DNA of 64,000 nucleotides, taken from an uncultured cyanobacterium. GTDB lineage: Bacteria; Cyanobacteriota; Cyanobacteriia; Phormidesmidales; Phormidesmidaceae. Positions 58,520 through 64,000 of the stretch are shown here, piece after piece (positions within the stretch are counted from its first letter, which is position 1; each line of letters begins with the position of its first letter). The stretch spans positions 224,001 to 288,000 of the forward strand of contig CAWBZI010000002.1 in NCBI GenBank assembly GCA_963793265.1, read 5' to 3'. The notes beneath the pieces are model-generated. The model was not told the origin of the DNA. It was given only the letters and a program-made list of their open reading frames with translations, and ran no database searches. Made by a program: the position numbers and the translations under genes.

Positions 58520-60340
58520 ATGGCTTCAGGTTCTACAGATTTTCTTCCTACCAGCGAGCCCAATCAGCTCGATCAGTGCTCATCTCTCGTAGAGATTTTG
58601 CGATATAGAGCCCGCCATCAGCCTCATCAGGTCGCTTATATTGAGCTAGAAAATGGAGAAGTGGAGCGCGATCGCCTCACCTACGGACAGCTAGACGAAC
58701 GGACTATAGCGATCGCCGCTCACCTGCAATCGCTTGGCGCGGCGGGCTCTAGAGTGCTGCTCACGTTTCCCCTATCAGATGGGCTAGCGTTTACCGCCGC
58801 TTTTTTTGGCTGTTTGTACGCAGGCGCGATCGCTGTCACCGCCTGGCCCCCACTCAACGAATCCCTCCTTTCGGAACTCCAATACAAAGCTATTGACGCT
58901 GAAGTGAAATTCGCGCTATCCGTTGAACCCTTACTCGCTCAGGCCAAAGAACCCTTCGCCGCCGCTCCCCCACTTAACGATATCCATTGGATCGCCATTG
59001 ATACGCTTGAGTCAGCCGCCGACACCTGGAGAATGCCTGAGATAGAAGATAATTCTCTCGCCTACTTGCAATACACCTCAGGCTCTACCGGCCTGCCAAA
59101 GGGCGCGATGATTAGCCATGGCAACGTGCTCGACAATCTGGGCCTTATTTACAACACCTGCCAGTACACCACAAAAGACATTGGTATCTGTTGGCTCCCG
59201 CTCTACCACGATTTAGGCTTAGTGGGTGCGGTCATTCAGCCCGTATACGCGGGCGGGCCTGCGGTGATGATGTCGCCAGTGGATTTCATTTTGAAGCCGC
59301 TACGCTGGTTGCAGGCGATTACGCGCTACAAGGGCACCACGAGCGGCGGGCCTAACTTTGCCTATGAGCTGTGCCTGCGCAAGATTACCGCTGAGCAAGT
59401 GACGGCACTGGATTTGAGTAGCTGGGCGATCGCTGTCAACGGAGCAGAACCTGTCTTGGCAACAACCCTAGAAAAATTTGCCAAGAAGTTTGCACCCGCA
59501 GGCTTTCGCAAAGAGGCTTTTTGTCCTGCTTATGGCATGGCCGAAACAACTGTGATGGTGTCGCTGACTGAGCGAAAAGAGATACCAACGGTTGAATTTG
59601 TGCGGCGAGATGCGCTTGAGAAGAACAAAATTGAGCTGGCCGAGCGGGAGTCACAGAGTCGATCAGTTGTTGGCTGCGGTCAGATCACCAAAGACAATCC
59701 TGTGGTGATTGTGAACCCTGATACGCTAGCGCGCTGCGGCCCTGATGAGGTTGGTGAAGTTTGGGTGAGTGGGAAGAGTGTTGCGCAGGGATATTGGAAT
59801 CGCCCTGAAGAGACTAAAACAACGTTTAGAGCCTATACGTCAGATACTAAAGAAGGCCCTTTTTTAAGGACGGGCGATATGGGCTTTGTTCAAGACAATG
59901 AACTGTTCATTACTGGGCGAATTAAAGATGTAATTATTTTGTGGGGCAACAATCACTATCCACATTTTTTAGAAGACACGATTGAAAAAAGCCATCCGGC
60001 TCTGCGGCCTGGCGGGGTAGCCGTTTTTGGCGTTGAGGTAGACGGTGAAGAAAGATTGGTGGTGGTTCAGGAAATTGAGTCTCGGCATTTGAAGTCGCTA
60101 GATGCAGATACCGTTATTGGCGCTATTCGGCAGAATTTAGGAATGCATCATATGTTAGAAGCTCACGCGATCGCGCTACTTCGACCCGGCAGCACGCCCA
60201 AAACGCCTACTGGGAAAACGCAGCGGGCGGCTTGTAAGGCGAAGTATTTGGCTGGTGAGCTGAATATTGTTAGCCAGTGGCAGCATAGCGATATTGCCGA
60301 GGGTATTTTGTTAGATCTGGCACTGGGGGCGAGTCGTTGA
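58520..60340 (+). CDS. Stand-alone fatty acyl-AMP ligase (FAAL)
   Basis: LQYTSGSTGLPKG, WLPLYHDLGL, GGPNFAY, PAYGMAE, FLRTGDMG and GRIKD. ATG 58520. Confidence 0.93.
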   Translation: MASGSTDFLPTSEPNQLDQCSSLVEILRYRARHQPHQVAYIELENGEVERDRLTYGQLDERTIAIAAHLQSLGAAGSRVLLTFPLSDGLAFTAAFFGCLYAGAIAVTAWPPLNESLLSELQYKAIDAEVKFALSVEPLLAQAKEPFAAAPPLNDIHWIAIDTLESAADTWRMPEIEDNSLAYLQYTSGSTGLPKGAMISHGNVLDNLGLIYNTCQYTTKDIGICWLPLYHDLGLVGAVIQPVYAGGPAVMMSPVDFILKPLRWLQAITRYKGTTSGGPNFAYELCLRKITAEQVTALDLSSWAIAVNGAEPVLATTLEKFAKKFAPAGFRKEAFCPAYGMAETTVMVSLTERKEIPTVEFVRRDALEKNKIELAERESQSRSVVGCGQITKDNPVVIVNPDTLARCGPDEVGEVWVSGKSVAQGYWNRPEETKTTFRAYTSDTKEGPFLRTGDMGFVQDNELFITGRIKDVIILWGNNHYPHFLEDTIEKSHPALRPGGVAVFGVEVDGEERLVVVQEIESRHLKSLDADTVIGAIRQNLGMHHMLEAHAIALLRPGSTPKTPTGKTQRAACKAKYLAGELNIVSQWQHSDIAEGILLDLALGASR

Positions 60341-60342
60341 GG

Positions 60343-63300
60343 ATGTTAGACTCCAGCATCACTAACCTTGTCGATTTGTTGAAATTTAGAGCCGCTAGCC
60401 AGCCGCAAAAAACGGCCTATATCTTCCTGGAAAATGGTGAAACTGAAGAGTCTCGCCTTACTTATGAGCAGTTGGATCAGAAGGCGATAGAGATTGCAGC
60501 TTTTCTACGACAACGGGCGACTGTAGGCGATCGCGCCCTGCTCCTCTACCCTCCCGGACTAGACTTCATCACTGCCTTCTTCGGCTGTCTATACGCAGGC
60601 ATCATCGCCGTTCCGGCCTATCCTCCTCGCAAGAACCAAAGCCTTGAAAGATTGCAGGCGATCGCCCAAGATTCCCAAGCCACTCTCGCCCTCTCCACGC
60701 AAAAAGTTGTCACCGACACCCAAAAAAGCTGGCAGCAAGATCCACTCTCTTCCACCCTCCAATGGCTAGCCACCGACAGCGCTTTAGCTACAGATAACAC
60801 CTTTCTCCCACCTTCGCCTGCTCCCAAAACCCTTGCCTTTCTCCAATACACCTCTGGCTCCACTGGCACCCCCAAAGGCGTCATGGTGTCTCACGGCAAC
60901 CTCCTCCACAACTGCGCCACCATCTACGCCTGCTTTGAAAACAACATCGAACACGTCGGCGTTTCCTGGCTCCCCTTCCATCACGATATGGGCCTCATCG
61001 GCGGCGTCCTTCAAACCATCTACGGCGGCGGTACCGTCATCCTCATGTCACCCGTTGCCTTCTTACAAAAGCCGATTCGCTGGCTTCAGGCGATCTCTCA
61101 CTACAACGCCGTTACCAGCGGTGGCCCTAACTTCGCCTACGACCTGTGTGTTCAAACCATTAAACCCGAGCAGCTATCGGCGCTTGACTTGAGCAGTTGG
61201 AGCCTTGCTTTCACAGGCGCAGAGCCCGTTCGACCCGAAACCTTAGAACGATTTACCGACACCTTTACAAGCTGTGGATTTCGCAACAATACCTTCTATC
61301 CCTGCTATGGCATGGCCGAAACTACGCTGCTTGTGACAGGTGGCATAAGGGCGGACGACCCTGTTATCCATACGGTTAATCGAGATGCCTTAGAGAGAAA
61401 TCAAATTAAAGCCAGTGCGATACCGAGTGAAAGTAAAGCGCTTGTGGGCTGCGGTCGTACCTGGCTAAATACAAAGGTGAGGATTGTTGATCCCGATACG
61501 TTGAAGCTTTGTGCGCCTGATAAGGTGGGTGAGATTTGGGTGGCTGGAGAGAGTATTGCTCAGGGGTACTGGCAAAGGGATGAGCAAACGCAGCAGACTT
61601 TTCAGGCATATATAGCTGATACGAATGAAGGGCCATTTTTGCGTACGGGCGACCTGGGCTTTTTTAATGGTGAAGAACTGTTTATCACCGGACGGCTGAA
61701 AGATGTTGTGATTATTCGAGGTCGTAATCACTATCCACAAGACATTGAGCTGACGGCGGAGAGTGCGCACGAGGCTTTGCAGCTAAACGGCTGTGCGGCT
61801 TTTTCGGTAGAGATTAGTTCGTCAGAGCAGTTGGTGATAGTGCAGGAGGTGAAGCGATCGCACCTCCGCAGCTTAAGCGATTCAAAAGTAGTAGACGACA
61901 TTGTTCTCTCCATCCGCCGGGCCATTTCAGAAGCACACGAGCTACAGGTATACGCCATTCTGTTGCTGAAGCCAGGCGCACTGCCAAAGACTTCTAGTGG
62001 CAAAGTTCAGAGAAAACAATGTCAGCGCGAGTTCTTAGCGGACAGTATCGCTACCGTCGCGCAGTGGAAAAGAGCGCTACAAAGTGCCGTTCCTCCTGTT
62101 AATCAGGAATTTGCAGTCGCATTGAACAATCTCACGCATCAGGAGAAGGTTCAGGCAATAGAAACCTGGCTTGTAAACCGAATTTCTCAGCGGCTACAGA
62201 TTTCATCTACAGAAATAGACCGACAAGAGCCTCTGGCTAGCTATGGCCTGGATTCTTTGCAGGCGATAGAAATGTCTACCGAGTTAGAAGCTTGGTTAGA
62301 AAAACCTGTTGTGCCTACGGTTGTATACGACTATCCAACGATAGAAGCTTTGGCACAGCGGTTGGCCTCGGATGAGGAGAGAAGGGTTGCGATCACCCCT
62401 AAAAAAGCAACCGCCTCTGACGAACCTATTGCTGTCATCGGCATGAGCTGCCGATTTCCCGGAGCCCCTGACCTACAATCATTCTGGCAGCTTCTCACAG
62501 AAGGACAGGACGCGATTACTGCTATTCCTTTATCACGGTGGGATGCCGATAAAGTAAAGTCCGCCGCGGACTCAAAGCAACCGGCTCAGTGGGGCGGTTT
62601 TCTCAAACAGGTCGATCAGTTTGACCCTAAGTTTTTTGGTCTTTCGCCTCGGGAAGCTACACACGCCGACCCTCAGCAGAGATTACTGTTGGAGGTGTGT
62701 TGGGAAGCGCTAGAAAATGCAGGACTAGCCGCAGACCAGCTTGAAGGTTCTCAGTCGGGTATCTTCATCGGCGTGAGTAACGGCGACTATTCCCGATTGC
62801 AGGGCGGGCAGCTTGACAAAGATGTTTACTACGGCACTGGTAACGCCTTCAGCATTGCCGCAAACAGACTCTCCTACTTTTTAGACTGGCACGGCCCCAG
62901 TTTCGCGATAGACACTGCCTGTTCTTCTTCGTTAGTTGCGGTTCATCAAGCCTGCCAAAGTCTCAAAACAGGAGAAAGTAATTTAGCATTAGCAGGTGGC
63001 GTAAATCTTATATTAGATCCTCAGCTTACGGTTACCTTTTCGCAGGCGCAAATGCTCGCCGCCGATGGCCGATGTAAGACATTTGATGCTGGTGCTGATG
63101 GCTACGTACGCAGTGAAGGCTGTGGGATTGTAGCGCTTAAAAGGCTGTCGGATGCAGTGGCCGCAGGGGATAATATTGTTGGTGTAATTCAGGGCTCAGC
63201 CGTTAATCAGGACGGAAGAAGTAATGGGTTGACTGCACCGAATAGTTTGGCTCAGCAGGGTGTGATTCGTCAGGCTTTGGAGAATGCAGGGGTTAGCGAT

Positions 63301-64000
63301 CGCCAGATCACATATATTGAAGCTCACGGCACGGGTACAACATTAGGCGATCCGATTGAAGTCAATGCGCTTAAGGCTGTTTTTACAACTGAAAGAGAAA
63401 ATCAGCCTTGCTATGTGGGCTCGGTAAAAACCAATATCGGACATACCGAACCAGCGGCGGGTGTGACTGGGCTGATTAAGGTTTTGCTGTCGCTACAGAA
63501 CCAAGAAATTCCGCCGCATCTGCATTTGCAAAAGGTGAATCCTTATATTCAGCTCGAAAATACGCCGCTGCAAATTCCGACTGAGAAACAATCCTGGGTG
63601 TCTGATCAGGCTCCTCGCATAGCGGGCGTGAGCGCTTTCGGGTTTGGGGGCACAAACGCGCATGTAATTGTCGCTGAATCGCCTCGATCTGTTGAGCAGG
63701 AAACAGAGCTGCCGGTTGTAGGCGATCGCCCGCATCATCTCCTTACCCTTTCAGCTAAAAGCGAGGATGCGCTACAGGCGCTGGTTCTACGCTATCAAGA
63801 TTTTTTGGCGTCGAGCAAATCATCGTTAGCAGATATTTGTTTTACGGCAAACGAGGGGCGATCGCACTTCCCCCACCGTCTAGCCGTTCAAGCCTCTTCC
63901 CTATCTCAGCTACAGCAAAATCTAAAAAACAAAAAACACCTCCTCGCAGGCGAGCTTTCAAGCCAAAAGCCACCACAAATTGCTTTTCTCTTCACCGGAC
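60343..64000 (+). CDS. Type I polyketide synthase, FAAL-ACP-KS-(AT...), truncated by the window end
   Basis: Not in the ORF track (no stop within the window). From ATG 60343: FAAL (LQYTSGSTGTPKG, WLPFHHDMGL), ACP (YGLDSL near 62250), KS (EPIAVIGMSCRFPG, DTACSSS at 62911, EAHGTGT, KTNIGH) and the AT start IAFLFTG. Confidence 0.95.
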   Translation, partial: MLDSSITNLVDLLKFRAASQPQKTAYIFLENGETEESRLTYEQLDQKAIEIAAFLRQRATVGDRALLLYPPGLDFITAFFGCLYAGIIAVPAYPPRKNQSLERLQAIAQDSQATLALSTQKVVTDTQKSWQQDPLSSTLQWLATDSALATDNTFLPPSPAPKTLAFLQYTSGSTGTPKGVMVSHGNLLHNCATIYACFENNIEHVGVSWLPFHHDMGLIGGVLQTIYGGGTVILMSPVAFLQKPIRWLQAISHYNAVTSGGPNFAYDLCVQTIKPEQLSALDLSSWSLAFTGAEPVRPETLERFTDTFTSCGFRNNTFYPCYGMAETTLLVTGGIRADDPVIHTVNRDALERNQIKASAIPSESKALVGCGRTWLNTKVRIVDPDTLKLCAPDKVGEIWVAGESIAQGYWQRDEQTQQTFQAYIADTNEGPFLRTGDLGFFNGEELFITGRLKDVVIIRGRNHYPQDIELTAESAHEALQLNGCAAFSVEISSSEQLVIVQEVKRSHLRSLSDSKVVDDIVLSIRRAISEAHELQVYAILLLKPGALPKTSSGKVQRKQCQREFLADSIATVAQWKRALQSAVPPVNQEFAVALNNLTHQEKVQAIETWLVNRISQRLQISSTEIDRQEPLASYGLDSLQAIEMSTELEAWLEKPVVPTVVYDYPTIEALAQRLASDEERRVAITPKKATASDEPIAVIGMSCRFPGAPDLQSFWQLLTEGQDAITAIPLSRWDADKVKSAADSKQPAQWGGFLKQVDQFDPKFFGLSPREATHADPQQRLLLEVCWEALENAGLAADQLEGSQSGIFIGVSNGDYSRLQGGQLDKDVYYGTGNAFSIAANRLSYFLDWHGPSFAIDTACSSSLVAVHQACQSLKTGESNLALAGGVNLILDPQLTVTFSQAQMLAADGRCKTFDAGADGYVRSEGCGIVALKRLSDAVAAGDNIVGVIQGSAVNQDGRSNGLTAPNSLAQQGVIRQALENAGVSDRQITYIEAHGTGTTLGDPIEVNALKAVFTTERENQPCYVGSVKTNIGHTEPAAGVTGLIKVLLSLQNQEIPPHLHLQKVNPYIQLENTPLQIPTEKQSWVSDQAPRIAGVSAFGFGGTNAHVIVAESPRSVEQETELPVVGDRPHHLLTLSAKSEDALQALVLRYQDFLASSKSSLADICFTANEGRSHFPHRLAVQASSLSQLQQNLKNKKHLLAGELSSQKPPQIAFLFTG

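Larger units (their letters stand above)
1..64000. repeat. HIP1 octamer GCGATCGC dispersed throughout
   Basis: Many copies in genes on both strands (e.g. 114, 212, 1306); a cyanobacterial hallmark. Not counted. Confidence 0.95.

Noticed and set aside
111..63738. Many short overlapping or antisense ORFs in the track (e.g. 358-849, 1345-1950, 30678-31232, 38681-39220, 60833-61192)
   Set aside because: They lie inside well-supported genes on another frame or strand and show no recognisable motifs; treated as shadow ORFs.
60343..64000. Calling the PKS olefin synthase (ols)
   Set aside because: The diagnostic sulfotransferase-thioesterase end is outside the window.

Overview
This is cyanobacterial chromosomal DNA: the HIP1 octamer GCGATCGC is dense throughout, and there are PEP-CTERM proteins and NtcA-type boxes. 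(1) 1-21.6 kb is an organic-nitrogen scavenging region. It holds a DUF1989/Tdm-like protein, a copper amine oxidase, an atypical acyl-CoA-dehydrogenase-fold flavoprotein, a PhyH dioxygenase, a signal-less binding protein, two non-canonical glutamine-synthetase-family ligases, a GntR/UTRA regulator, a di-iron desaturase-like protein and a MetX-like hydrolase. It also holds a PEP-CTERM amidase, a deaminase/dihydropyrimidinase operon and an ABC importer. Several of its promoters pair an NtcA-type box with a repeated CTTGTYATAAYAAG palindrome, and a MITE carrying two GTAG REP hairpins is inserted in it. (2) 21.6-35 kb is mixed: an Rpn-family nuclease with a likely internal antitoxin start, futA-piuC-futC iron genes, carB, hicBA and a PEP-CTERM surface protein. 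(3) 35-48 kb is four tandem paralogs of a ~950-1010 aa secreted protein I cannot assign to a family. They have an outer-membrane beta-barrel-like C-terminus, a probable Ca-binding head and very long Thr/Glu-rich beta-ribbon segments; this is the best novel-system candidate. (4) 48.9-64 kb has an alpha-amylase, an M20 amidohydrolase, alpha/beta hydrolases and the start of a lipid/polyketide locus (methyltransferase, stand-alone FAAL, FAAL-ACP-KS-AT type I PKS running off the window). I saw no rRNA, tRNA or CRISPR array. All assignments come from reading motifs by eye; no database searches were run.
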